From: Actinomycetales bacterium | Lineage (GTDB): Bacteria > Actinomycetota > Actinomycetes > Actinomycetales > Dermatophilaceae | Reading direction: 5' to 3' | Assembly (NCBI GenBank): GCA_038199265.1 | Contig: JBBPZD010000113.1 | Coordinates: forward strand, 1-63,956 | Length of the DNA stretch: 63,956 nt | Shown here: positions 39,592 to 49,404 of the stretch, in pieces | Layout of the letters: the number at the start of each line of letters is the position of its first letter | Position numbering within the stretch: position 1 is the first letter of the stretch | The notes under the pieces: generated by a model | What the model was told of the DNA's origin: nothing | The model's database searches: none | Seen by the model: only the letters and a program-made list of their open reading frames with translations | Program-made: the position numbers and the translations under genes

Positions 39592-40440
39592 ATGCATGTC
39601 AGCGGCCTCCGAATCCATCCCGTCAAGTCAACCGCGATCAGGCCCGTCGAATCTGCGCAGATCACTCACGCCGGTCTGGCGGGCGACCGTGAATGGATGG
39701 TGGTCGATCGCGAAGGGAACCTGGTCTCGGCCCGCGAGCACCCTGGCCTGTTCGCCATCGTCACGGACAACCGCGCCAGCGGAGTGGACGTCGATCTGCT
39801 GCTGCAAGCCTGCGGCATGCCCGACCTCAAGGTCAGCTTCCCCGACGCCGCAGCCATCCAGGTGTCGATGTTCGGCGAGCCGCCGATGCTCGCGCGCCCA
39901 GCCGGAAGCGAGGCAGACAACTGGCTTCAGCGCGTCACAGGATTGGACGATCTGCGCCTGGTTTGGTGCGAAGACCCCACGCGGCGGCACCTGGACCCCG
40001 AATACAGCAAGCCGGGTGACTACACAGCTTTCGCGGACTGCTTCCCGGTCAACCTCGTCACCGATGCCTCAGTGCGACAGCTGGACCTTTGGGTTCGGGA
40101 GACCGCTGCCTCTCGAGGAACAGAACCGTTACCGACCCCCGCGTCGCGGTTCAGAGCGAATATCGAGATAGCTGGAGCTCTCGAGCCGTTTGCCGAGGAC
40201 CACTGGTCGCGGGTCCAGATCGGGGGCGTCATCTTCCGGGTGACACTACCGTCGGCCCGATGCGTGATCCCCACCATCGATGCCGACCTCCACAAAGGTA
40301 AGGAGCCGCTGCGAACTCTGGCCATGCACCGCCGATGGGATGGCGCCACCTGGTTTGCCGCGAACCTCATACCGGACACCGAAGGCGTCATCCGCGTCGG
40401 CGACGCGTTGACCGTTGTGCAGGATTCCCTCACTAGTTAG
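39592..40440 (+). CDS. MOSC domain protein
   Basis: IHPVKS, DREWMVVD, FADCFP, RFRANI, FAED.W and RC. Confidence 0.92.
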   Translation: MHVSGLRIHPVKSTAIRPVESAQITHAGLAGDREWMVVDREGNLVSAREHPGLFAIVTDNRASGVDVDLLLQACGMPDLKVSFPDAAAIQVSMFGEPPMLARPAGSEADNWLQRVTGLDDLRLVWCEDPTRRHLDPEYSKPGDYTAFADCFPVNLVTDASVRQLDLWVRETAASRGTEPLPTPASRFRANIEIAGALEPFAEDHWSRVQIGGVIFRVTLPSARCVIPTIDADLHKGKEPLRTLAMHRRWDGATWFAANLIPDTEGVIRVGDALTVVQDSLTS

Positions 40441-40536
40441 CGGGCGCCTGATGAGAGTCCATCGCAATCTGGGTGTCCGCGTTTTCGTGCACCCAGGTAA
40501 CGGAAGACGCAGACATTCCTACCTTTCGACGCGCCG

Positions 40537-41403
40537 TCAGCCGAGCATGACCTTGAGGGCGCCGGGCAGCACGCGGGCCGTGATCGGAAGCGTGGCCAGG
40601 GGCTCGCCGTCGGCATATGCCTCGACACCCTGAGCCTCGATGGTGACGACTCGACCTCGGGTCGTCACGACCTCCGGGTGGCGCGTATGCGTGCCTCTGT
40701 ACACGCTCGGTAGTCGGGAGATGAAGCGCGCCCGCCCGCCGGCACCCAACAGCACCACCTCGAGCAGCGCATCCCGTACATCGGCTTGCGGTGCAATGTG
40801 CATTCCCTTCCCGTAGTACCCGGAGTTGGCGACGACTGCCGTGAACCCGTCGTATTCGAACACGTCGTTGTCGACCATCACCCGGTAGGACGTGAGGGGG
40901 AAGGTCGCGAGTGCCCGGATGGCACCGTATGGGTACTGAAGCAGTGCGGGCATCCGGTGTAGTCCGTTGACGATCATCGAGGTACGGGAATCGACCCCCG
41001 CGTAGACACTGCCCACTACCACCTTCCCGCCAACGTCGATCGCATCGACAGCAGTCGGGGAATCCGCCATCAGCCACGTTGCCTGCGCCGCTGCCCCTGA
41101 AGGAATGGCGAGTTGTCTGGAAAAATCATTCCCACGCCCCGCAGGCACAATCCCGAGTGTTCCGCCGTGCCGAACCACTGATCCTGCGATCGAACTCACG
41201 GTCCCGTCGCCTCCGACAGCGACACATCGCTCTCCGAGGCGAACGCTCGCCGATACCAGTTCATCGACTGCCTGCACGCTGACACTCGCCGTCGTCCGAA
41301 CTCGCGCTCCCCGAGCGCGCAACGCTGCAGCCACCCGATCGGCCGCGGCGATCGAACGGCCGCCCCCAGCACGAGAATTGACGATGAGGTGAAAAGTTGC
41401 CAT
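40537..41403 (-). CDS. Diacylglycerol/lipid kinase family protein
   Basis: IVN..AG.G, GGDGT, PAGRGNDF, YYG.GM.IAP and ADGE. Confidence 0.9.
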   Translation of the reverse strand: MATFHLIVNSRAGGGRSIAAADRVAAALRARGARVRTTASVSVQAVDELVSASVRLGERCVAVGGDGTVSSIAGSVVRHGGTLGIVPAGRGNDFSRQLAIPSGAAAQATWLMADSPTAVDAIDVGGKVVVGSVYAGVDSRTSMIVNGLHRMPALLQYPYGAIRALATFPLTSYRVMVDNDVFEYDGFTAVVANSGYYGKGMHIAPQADVRDALLEVVLLGAGGRARFISRLPSVYRGTHTRHPEVVTTRGRVVTIEAQGVEAYADGEPLATLPITARVLPGALKVMLG

Positions 41404-41421
41404 GGCGATATAGTGTGACAC

Positions 41422-42003
41422 ATGACGCCTTCTCGTAACATTCCTGCTGAAGACGACAGACTCTTGGACGCAATCCGCGATTGCGTCCTTGCGGTCGGGT
41501 GGCGACGAACCACCATGACCGATGTGGCACGTCGCGCTGGAGTTTCGAGAATGACCGTCTATCGGCGGTGGCCGGATATGGCTGCACTCACCTCAGACCT
41601 CGTGGAGCGAGAGCTTCGGCTTTCGCTCGTGGTCGCCCTCTCGAGCGCCGGGAACGCCGAATCCACGTCGATTGCGGCGTGGATTGTCTCCCTCGTTGCC
41701 GAGATCGAGAAGAACCCGCTCTTCATCAAAATGATCGACGTCGACCCAGAGCTACTGCTGACCTACCTCTTGCAACGCCAGAGTGAATCCCAAGAATCGG
41801 TCGTCGCTGTTCTTACGGACGTAATCCGCAAAGCGCAACGCCAGGGGGACGTGCGGAGGGGGCGACCTGAGGTGCTGGCTCGAACCGTCGTCCTGATGTG
41901 CCAGGGGTTCCTGCTCTCAAGACGAACGATGAACGAAAACAGTTACACCGAGCGCATCGCGCACAGAGAGATGCGACGAGCACTGGTCAGCTACCTGACG
42001 TAA
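41422..42003 (+). CDS. TetR family regulator
   Basis: TTMTDVARRAGVSRMTVYRRW. Confidence 0.92.
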   Translation: MTPSRNIPAEDDRLLDAIRDCVLAVGWRRTTMTDVARRAGVSRMTVYRRWPDMAALTSDLVERELRLSLVVALSSAGNAESTSIAAWIVSLVAEIEKNPLFIKMIDVDPELLLTYLLQRQSESQESVVAVLTDVIRKAQRQGDVRRGRPEVLARTVVLMCQGFLLSRRTMNENSYTERIAHREMRRALVSYLT

Positions 42004-42017
42004 CCTGAGACGGCGAA

Positions 42018-42061
42018 ACCGATCTCGCCCCGTCCGCCATGGCGGACAGGGCGAGATCGGT
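42018..42061. terminator. Bidirectional hairpin between convergent tetR and ohr
   Basis: ACCGATCTCGCCCCGTCCGCC-AT-GGCGGACAGGGCGAGATCGGT. Confidence 0.75.
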
Positions 42062-42076
42062 CTCAGTTCGAACTGC

Positions 42077-42499
42077 TCAGGCTGCCGACACGGAGACGTC
42101 GATGTTTCCGCGAGTGGCCTTGGAGTACGGGCAGACCTGGTGCGCCTGATCAACCAGTTGCTGCGCGGTATCGGCATCTAGACCGGGGATGCTCGCGACG
42201 AGCTTGACCGCCAGTCCGAAACCGGACGCACCCTTGCCGAGGCTCACCGAGGCAGTGACAGTCGACTTGCTGACGTCGTGACCGGCAGGTTCGGCGACCT
42301 TCGCGAGGGCGCCTCCGAAGCAGGCTGCATATCCGGCCGCGAAAAGCGTCTCCGGATTCGCTTTGGGGTTCGAGGTGCTTCCGGGAGGGCCCAGCAGGAA
42401 GTCGACGACTCCGTCCGCGCTCTTGACATGTCCACCCCGGCCGCCCTCGGCGGTTGCGTCGGTGGTGTAGAGAACTTCGTCGAGTGCTTCGTAGGGCAT
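42077..42499 (-). CDS. ohr: Organic hydroperoxide resistance protein
   Basis: GGRGG, NPETLFAAGYAACF and AHQVCPYSKATRGN. Confidence 0.95.
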   Translation of the reverse strand: MPYEALDEVLYTTDATAEGGRGGHVKSADGVVDFLLGPPGSTSNPKANPETLFAAGYAACFGGALAKVAEPAGHDVSKSTVTASVSLGKGASGFGLAVKLVASIPGLDADTAQQLVDQAHQVCPYSKATRGNIDVSVSAA

Positions 42500-42587
42500 A
42501 GGTACACCTTTCATCGTGGAACAACGGTAACTACACATGCTTCAACGTCGAGGATGTTGGACCATTCCTCGATCGTCGGGACTGGGG

Positions 42588-43937
42588 TCAGTTCAGGGAG
42601 AGTTCTCTGGCCACCACGTCGGCAAGCCGAGTCGCCAGATCTTTCGCCTGCTGCGGTGTTTTGGCCTCGACCATGACACGGACCAGCGCCTCAGTGCCCG
42701 ATTTGCGAAGGAGCACCCGGCCGGTGTCACCGAGCTCGGACTCGACGTCTCGTACTGCGGCCTGGACCCCGGCGTGATGATCAGCTGCATGCTTGTCGAC
42801 ATCGGGCACATTCACCAGAATCTGCGGCAACCGGGTCACGCAACCAGCCAGCGTCGCCAACGGTAGCTTCGCGGAAGCGACGCAGGCCGCCAGCAGTAGA
42901 CCCGTCAAGAGACCGTCCCCGGTGGTTCCGTGCTCCAGCAGTATGACGTGACCCGATTGTTCGCCACCTAGCGAGAACCCTTGTGCACGCATCTCTTCCA
43001 GAACGTAACGATCACCGACACCGGTTTGTCGGACCTCTATCCCCGCGTCGCGCATCGCGTGATGCAGTCCCAGGTTGCTCATCACCGTCGCAACGAGAGT
43101 GTTCTTTGCGAGACGGCCGCGCCGCTTGAGGTCGATGGCCAGCACAGCCATGATCTGGTCGCCGTCGACGTCATGACCAGACCCATCGACAGCTAGACAT
43201 CGATCGGCATCGCCGTCGAACGCCAGGCCCAGGTCCGCGCCGGCCTCGAGCACCGCGGCCCTCAAAGGGCCGAGATGGGTGGAACCGCAGTCTTCGTTGA
43301 TGTTGATGCCGTCCGGCGTGGCGCCGATCAGGGTGATGCGGGCACCGGCCTGCTCGAAAGCGCGGGGAGCCACATCGAAGGCCGCACCGTTTGCGGCGTC
43401 CAAAACGATGTGCAGACCGTCGAGCCGGTGCGGCAGGGCACCGCGAAGGTGGGCCAGGTAGTGGTCGGCACCTTCCGGGTAGTCCGTCACCCGACCTACC
43501 GCCGCGCCCACGGGTCGGTCCCAGTTCTGGGCGAAGTGCTGCTCGATCGAGTTCTCGATCGAATCAGGCAGTTTGTGACCACCACGCGAGAAGAATTTGA
43601 TGCCGTTGTCCGCCATCGGATTGTGCGACGCAGAAATCATCACACCAAGGTCAGCTGAACTGTGCGCCGTGAGGTGGGCGATAGCGGGTGTTGGCAGCAC
43701 TCCGGCATCCCGGACATCGACACCGGCCGAAGCTAGCCCTGCGATTGTGGCCGCTGAGAGGAATTCCCCGGAAGCGCGCGGATCGCGACCGACAACTGCC
43801 CGCGGCCGATGCCCGGCTATCTGCCCTTCTTCGGACAACACCCGCGCAGCAGCGGCCGCCAGGCCGAGCGCGAGCTCGGCGGTTACGTCACGATTGGCCA
43901 GTCCGCGCACGCCGTCGGTGCCAAACATTTGTCCCAT
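42588..43937 (-). CDS. glmM: Phosphoglucosamine mutase
   Basis: [27 protein letters not shown] and SGTE. Confidence 0.97.
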   Translation of the reverse strand: MGQMFGTDGVRGLANRDVTAELALGLAAAAARVLSEEGQIAGHRPRAVVGRDPRASGEFLSAATIAGLASAGVDVRDAGVLPTPAIAHLTAHSSADLGVMISASHNPMADNGIKFFSRGGHKLPDSIENSIEQHFAQNWDRPVGAAVGRVTDYPEGADHYLAHLRGALPHRLDGLHIVLDAANGAAFDVAPRAFEQAGARITLIGATPDGININEDCGSTHLGPLRAAVLEAGADLGLAFDGDADRCLAVDGSGHDVDGDQIMAVLAIDLKRRGRLAKNTLVATVMSNLGLHHAMRDAGIEVRQTGVGDRYVLEEMRAQGFSLGGEQSGHVILLEHGTTGDGLLTGLLLAACVASAKLPLATLAGCVTRLPQILVNVPDVDKHAADHHAGVQAAVRDVESELGDTGRVLLRKSGTEALVRVMVEAKTPQQAKDLATRLADVVARELSLN

Positions 43938-43969
43938 GGGCTCACTTCCTAGATCAGACATAGATCAAA

Positions 43970-44007
43970 CGACCCCGGTGTCCTGAGAATCCAGGACCCC
44001 GGGGTCG
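43970..44007 (-). terminator. Terminator-like hairpin after rplM-rpsI
   Basis: CGACCCCGGTGTCCTG...CAGGACCCCGGGGTCG, followed by TTT on the minus strand. Confidence 0.65.
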
Positions 44008-44083
44008 GATGCAGCGTTTGGGCGTTGCACGAAACCTTGCAGGCTCCGGCCCGAAACGCAGCAGACCACGTAAAGGGCCTGAC

Positions 44084-44602
44084 TCAGCGCTTGCTGTACT
44101 GCGGAGCCTTACGGGCCTTCTTCAGACCGGCCTTCTTGCGCTCGGGTACACGAGCGTCGCGAGTCAGGAAACCGGCCTTCTTCAGCGGCGCACGGTTCAG
44201 CTCCGGGTCGATGCCGTTCAGCGAACGGGAGACACCGAGCCGAACTGCACCGGCCTGACCGGAGGGGCCACCACCATGGACCCGTACGAGCACGTCGTAC
44301 GCACCGTCGAGATCCAGGATCGTGAACGGGTCGTTGACCAGTTGCTGGTGAACCTTGTTCGGGAAGTACTCGGCCAGGGTGCGACCGTTGACCGTCCATT
44401 CGCCGGTGCCGGGGACGATGCGCACGCGAGCGATGGCCTGCTTGCGACGGCCGGTGCCGGCGCCGGGCTCGGAAGCCGAGCGGCGCCTGGTTTCATCTTG
44501 TGCGTCTTCGCCCACAGGCCCGCTGGACTCTGAGGTGTATTCGGACAGTGCGGGCTCGTCGGTCTCTAGGACGTCGAGCTCGGTGGTCTGGTCGTCAGCC
44601 AC
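44084..44602 (-). CDS. rpsI: 30S ribosomal protein S9
   Basis: [21 protein letters not shown] and [19 protein letters not shown]. Confidence 0.98.
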   Translation of the reverse strand: MADDQTTELDVLETDEPALSEYTSESSGPVGEDAQDETRRRSASEPGAGTGRRKQAIARVRIVPGTGEWTVNGRTLAEYFPNKVHQQLVNDPFTILDLDGAYDVLVRVHGGGPSGQAGAVRLGVSRSLNGIDPELNRAPLKKAGFLTRDARVPERKKAGLKKARKAPQYSKR

Positions 44603-44647
44603 GATTCTCCTGAAGTTTTGAAAGGTAAGGGGGCAGCAGCCGGCGAG

Positions 44648-45097
44648 CTACTGCGCAACCTGGGTGATGAGGAACGGGACGGGCTGCTGGGCGCTGTGGG
44701 GGTGCTCGGGGCCGGCATAGACCTTGAGCTTCGCTATCTGCGCGCGACCGAGGCTGTTCTTGGGAACCATGCCCCGAACTGCCTTCTCCACGGCCTTGGC
44801 AGGATCCTTGGCCATCAGGTCGATGTAGGTGGTTGCCTTGAGGCCACCGGGGAAGCCTGAGTGGCGGTAGGCGATCTTCTTCTGCAACTTCGAACCGGTC
44901 AACGCGACTTTTTCGGCGTTGATGATGATGACGAAGTCACCGGTGTCCAGGTGCGGGGCGTAGGTGGTCTTGTGCTTACCGCGCAACAGACTCGCCGTGT
45001 GCGTGGCCAGCCGGCCGAGCACGACGTCCGATGCGTCGATGATGTGCCAGACGCGCTCCTGCTGGAGCTCCGCCGACTTGGGCGTAAATGTGCGCAC
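44648..45097 (-). CDS. rplM: 50S ribosomal protein L13
   Basis: [26 protein letters not shown] and HPHSAQQP. Confidence 0.98.
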   Translation of the reverse strand: MRTFTPKSAELQQERVWHIIDASDVVLGRLATHTASLLRGKHKTTYAPHLDTGDFVIIINAEKVALTGSKLQKKIAYRHSGFPGGLKATTYIDLMAKDPAKAVEKAVRGMVPKNSLGRAQIAKLKVYAGPEHPHSAQQPVPFLITQVAQ

Positions 45098-45507
45098 TTC
45101 GTCAACTTTCTTGGTTCGGGATCACGTTGAGACAACTGTTCTCTCAACACGCCATGTAGCCGCCGACGGGGGCCGGAACCACGGGCGAGGAACGTGGGAC
45201 TGCGCTAACGCAGCGGCCCTCAGTCTAGAAAACTTCGGTCGCTTGGCTCAAATCGAACGAATTTCGTTCTCCCATAACGTTTTTCGAAGACGATTCACGA
45301 TCATCCAGCGGAGTAGATCAGGGGTTCTGCACAATAAGTGTGCAATCTCGCGCGGCCGATTGGAGCGACGCGTACGCGGTAATCAGACGAGAACTCACAC
45401 TACAATCTGCCTTGGTAATGGCGTGATACAAGCCGCAAATTCCAGATCGCGCTCCCGGACGCGTTCTGAACCACCCTGTTCAGGGGTATTGGAGACGATG
45501 AGGGCCC

Positions 45508-47655
45508 GTGGCAACCCAGGAACAATCCGATGGGGTCGTCCACTCATCGCGGCGATCCCGTAGGCAGCCTCCCCTCGAGCAGCATCCGATCCTGCCGAAG
45601 CTGTTACTGGACCGGTTGACCGCGCTAGGCGGCATCGCAGGAATCATCGGGCTCATCCCGTTCCTACCCGTCGGCATGCGCGTCGTGCTGATCGGAATAT
45701 TCGCTCTCTGCGCACCGGGCGGGCTAGTTCTCAGTGCGCTCGCGGCCCTGCCCCGTCTGGTCGCATCAGTCGCGCTGCCGGCCACCGGTGTCGCAGTACT
45801 TTCTCTCATCCTGTCGGCCGAGCTGGCCCTCAGCGAATTCCACCCGATCGCCACGACGGCCGTTATCTCGATTGCCGCTGTCGTCCGAGCGGTGCTGTCT
45901 TCCGGTCGCGACATCGTTGCCCCGCTCTCGGCACCCACGCTCCGAGGCCTGAGCCCCGAGCCCCGAACACGTGTGTCGGTCAGCTTGATCGTGGCCGCTG
46001 TGGCTGTCTTCGGTTGGTCTATCCATAGTGTGGCCGCAGCCAGTTACACGTCTTACGGGTTGCTCGTGGCTCAACCTCTCGTGCTGGTCGCCGCCTTGTT
46101 GGCGCTGGCGGCATTCGTGGCCGCGCTCAGGTGCTCTTCATTGGGCGCCATGTGGGGAGCAGCATTGACCCTCGTCATCGTCGTGCGCGGCTACACCTTG
46201 TTCTCCACCCCGCAGGCCTTGTACTACTACACCTACCGGCATTTGGGGGTCATGGACTGGTTCGCCCATTCTGGCGCCCTGGCTCGGGGGGTGGACGTCT
46301 ACTCAGATTGGCCAGGCGCACTGGCGACGGGGACGTGGTTCAGCGAGAGCAGCGGCGTTTCTACCTTCGCCATGGCGCACGGCTTCACCCTGATCTATCA
46401 CTTTGCGCTCCTTGCGGCGATGTTTGTATTGGCCCGTACGGCTGGCCTCGCCAGCCCGGTCGCGATGACCGCCGCAGTGATTCTCGAGGCCCTCAACTGG
46501 GTGGGGCAGGACTACCTTTCTCCACAGGCTTTCGCTTTCCTTCTCGCCCTCGTAGTTTTGTCGCTGATGTTGGTGGCTCGAGACGATCGACACACCAAGT
46601 CCGCTGGAATCTTGGCCGCGCTGATCTTCACCGCAGTGACCTGGTCCCATCAGCTCACCCCCGTATGGCTACTGGTCGTCGCCGTCGCGGCGGGTGTGTT
46701 CAAGACCACCAGACCTCGATGGATCGCAGCGCCGATGATCCTGAGCTTCACAGTGATGGTCGTCGTGAACTGGTCCTCACTCCTGGCCAACAATCCCGGT
46801 ATCTCCGCAGATGTGGCAGAGAATTCCGCTGGCAACGTGACGCAGATCGGAGCTGCAGGCCAACAGTTGACGTCCCAACTGACCCGAGGTGTGGCTCTTG
46901 CGCTCTGGATCACGGTGCTCGCAATCGTCGTGATTCAACTCGTGCGGCGTAGACCTTCGACGGCACCGATCATTATGTTCGGCAGCTCAGCCGTTGTGCT
47001 TCTGTCGAACTACGGCGGCGAAGCCGTCTTCCGTGTCTATCTTTACTCACTGCCGGGTGCCGCCATTCTGCTGGCCCCAGCGCTGAAGACAGCTCTGACA
47101 CATCGAACTCCCTCCGCACGGATGGGGCTTTTTCCGTTGGCGTCATCCGTCGCGGCACTGCTGGTCTTCATCGGGGCGATGCAATGCACTTTCGGGGGAT
47201 GGTTCACGGGGCTGGTCTCGACGCGCGAAGTAGCTGTCGAACGACATCTGGAGCGGGCAGCCGGCGAGAAGGGACAGATTGCCGCGGTCTCGTTGGGCTT
47301 TCCGCAGCAGCTGACCTGGAGGTATGTGCCGCAGGACCGAGCTGCGACAGTGCTCCAGGACCCGTTGTACGGCATCACCAACAGCTATCAGGGCACCAGT
47401 GGCGCCGACCCGACGTATGTCGACGCACTGGCGTACGCGGTCAAGACCCGCACGCCCGACCTGCCGGTGTATGTCGTGGTGAAGTCTCCCCTGCTCACGA
47501 CCCAGCTAGACCAGCTCGGCCTGCTGAAACAAGGCGCGTTGGAGCGCATCGCCACTCATTTTCGCAATACCGACTGGCAACCGGTTTACTCGGCCGCCGA
47601 TTTTCTCGTCTTCGCGAACCCGGCGGGAGTCAAATCCTGGGAGACCTCCGAATAG
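45508..47655 (+). CDS. Polytopic membrane protein, possible GT-C-type glycosyltransferase
   Basis: Many TM helices; motifs D.YSDWPG, NWVGQDYLSPQAF, HQLTP and YGGEAVFRVYLY; near a GT14 gene and a flippase. Confidence 0.55.
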   Translation: MATQEQSDGVVHSSRRSRRQPPLEQHPILPKLLLDRLTALGGIAGIIGLIPFLPVGMRVVLIGIFALCAPGGLVLSALAALPRLVASVALPATGVAVLSLILSAELALSEFHPIATTAVISIAAVVRAVLSSGRDIVAPLSAPTLRGLSPEPRTRVSVSLIVAAVAVFGWSIHSVAAASYTSYGLLVAQPLVLVAALLALAAFVAALRCSSLGAMWGAALTLVIVVRGYTLFSTPQALYYYTYRHLGVMDWFAHSGALARGVDVYSDWPGALATGTWFSESSGVSTFAMAHGFTLIYHFALLAAMFVLARTAGLASPVAMTAAVILEALNWVGQDYLSPQAFAFLLALVVLSLMLVARDDRHTKSAGILAALIFTAVTWSHQLTPVWLLVVAVAAGVFKTTRPRWIAAPMILSFTVMVVVNWSSLLANNPGISADVAENSAGNVTQIGAAGQQLTSQLTRGVALALWITVLAIVVIQLVRRRPSTAPIIMFGSSAVVLLSNYGGEAVFRVYLYSLPGAAILLAPALKTALTHRTPSARMGLFPLASSVAALLVFIGAMQCTFGGWFTGLVSTREVAVERHLERAAGEKGQIAAVSLGFPQQLTWRYVPQDRAATVLQDPLYGITNSYQGTSGADPTYVDALAYAVKTRTPDLPVYVVVKSPLLTTQLDQLGLLKQGALERIATHFRNTDWQPVYSAADFLVFANPAGVKSWETSE

Positions 47656-47787
47656 GACAGCAACGGGGCCGTCACAGCGCAGTCGGATCAGGTGACGGGG
47701 GCCGATCAGGACGAAGCCACCAGTGTTTCGCAGATCCACTGCCGTCAACGACTCCCGGCATCCTGTCGTCCTAAAGTAGGTCAGAAC

Positions 47788-48360
47788 ATGCATAACAGAT
47801 CTTCAACGCGAGCCCAGTCCCTACGCGTACTCGCCCATCCCCTTCGAACCAGGTTGCTTGCCCGCCTGAGGTTGGCGGGTCCCGCTACTGCAACCCAGCT
47901 GGCCGCAGATCTCGAAACGAATACCGGCGCCACCAGCTACCACCTGCGCAAATTGGAATCTGCACTCCTTGTTCGCGACACCGAGACCGGGGATGGGCGC
48001 AGACGCGTGTGGGAAGCAGCCGAGACCGCGTCGGGCGATACGGAACCCAGGACGGAGGACGAAAAGAGCATGGAGGTCTGGCTGCAAAAGGACTATCTGG
48101 AGTATTTCGCGTCGCGTGCCGATCAGTGGATCGCCCGGCAACACGAATCCTCCTTCGCTTGGCAGCGAATATGCGGTTTGTGCGACCGTCCACTGCTCGT
48201 CACCACCGAACAACTCGTTGCGCTCGACGCGGAACTGACCGAAGTCTTCGAGCGCTACCGCCGGATAGGTGCGGGCTCGCCGGGCGCCCGACGGGTAACC
48301 GCCTACGTCGACCTGCTTCCCGTTGATTTGCCCGCACGAGCAACGGCCAACCGGCCCTGA
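47788..48360 (+). CDS. ArsR-type winged-HTH regulator
   Basis: LAHPLRTRLL, ATATQLA and TSYHLRKL. Confidence 0.85.
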   Translation: MHNRSSTRAQSLRVLAHPLRTRLLARLRLAGPATATQLAADLETNTGATSYHLRKLESALLVRDTETGDGRRRVWEAAETASGDTEPRTEDEKSMEVWLQKDYLEYFASRADQWIARQHESSFAWQRICGLCDRPLLVTTEQLVALDAELTEVFERYRRIGAGSPGARRVTAYVDLLPVDLPARATANRP

Positions 48361-48477
48361 CCAAGACTCGGGGACACCTGAGGCTGTTGATCGGCCCGAA
48401 GACTAACGTTTGCGCACAAAGATGCGATTTGTCCCCTATGCCTAGAAGCACAACTCAGATCGACTCCGGCAAGTGCG

Positions 48478-49404
48478 ATGCCGTCACGCCAACTCATCGT
48501 GGTCGCGTACGATGTTTTGATGCCGTCACGACTACCGGCCGCGATCGTGGTGGCGCACGACAAGCCACAACATTTCCGGGACCTTATCTCAGCACTACAG
48601 CCAATCCCCTCTTTTGTCCATATAGATGCAAATACACCCGAACATATATTCGCTGAAATGATCCAAGATCTGCCGGAGACCGTCACACTGCTGCCGCGGT
48701 TACATGCCGGGTGGGCGCGCTCGGAAGTTCTAGAAGCTGAATTGGCGGGGTACAGAGCAGCTCTACGCGAAACCGATGCCGAGCATTTCATCCTGCTTAC
48801 CGGCGCGGATTACCCACTTGCGAGTGTATCGGCCATCTCGGAATATCTGAGTCACCACGACGGGCGGTCTTTCGTAGAGATCCACCCGATTCCGCGTCCG
48901 GGATGGGGCCGAACAGGTGGCGCCGATCGATTCTGGTTCCGGCAATGGCCGTGGCGCCACCATCGCATTGCTATACCCATTCCGCGACGTTCGCCGATAA
49001 ATGTCATTCGGGGTGCTGGATCGCAATCCAAAATACTGTGCCGCAGTGATGCTGAGTACATCGACCGTCTCCTTAGTGAACGTCCTGACCTGTGGGACTA
49101 TTTCCGCCGCTGCTGGACACCCGATGAAGTGACTATTCAGTCTTTACTGTTGAGTAGAGAACTCGGCAGTGGATGGGACGGCGTCACCTCACAAAAACTA
49201 GCCCTCTGGTACATCGACTGGGGAACTACGCCAGCTCGCAACCCACGGTCGCTGACAAAGGAAGATTTCCCGCTACTTGAGGCTGCCCGCTTCCGGAAGC
49301 ACCAGCCTGCACTTTTCGCTCGGAAACTTTCAGACACGAGTACAGAACTCCTCAGTCTCATCGACTCCGAACTCCGGACTGCGCCGGCGCCTCCACCAGA
49401 GTGA
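48478..49404 (+). CDS. GT14 (core-2/I-branching enzyme-like) glycosyltransferase
   Basis: AHDKP, VHID, W, LLTGADYP, GSQ, PDE and FARK motifs. Start may be ATG 48520. Confidence 0.82.
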   Translation: MPSRQLIVVAYDVLMPSRLPAAIVVAHDKPQHFRDLISALQPIPSFVHIDANTPEHIFAEMIQDLPETVTLLPRLHAGWARSEVLEAELAGYRAALRETDAEHFILLTGADYPLASVSAISEYLSHHDGRSFVEIHPIPRPGWGRTGGADRFWFRQWPWRHHRIAIPIPRRSPINVIRGAGSQSKILCRSDAEYIDRLLSERPDLWDYFRRCWTPDEVTIQSLLLSRELGSGWDGVTSQKLALWYIDWGTTPARNPRSLTKEDFPLLEAARFRKHQPALFARKLSDTSTELLSLIDSELRTAPAPPPE

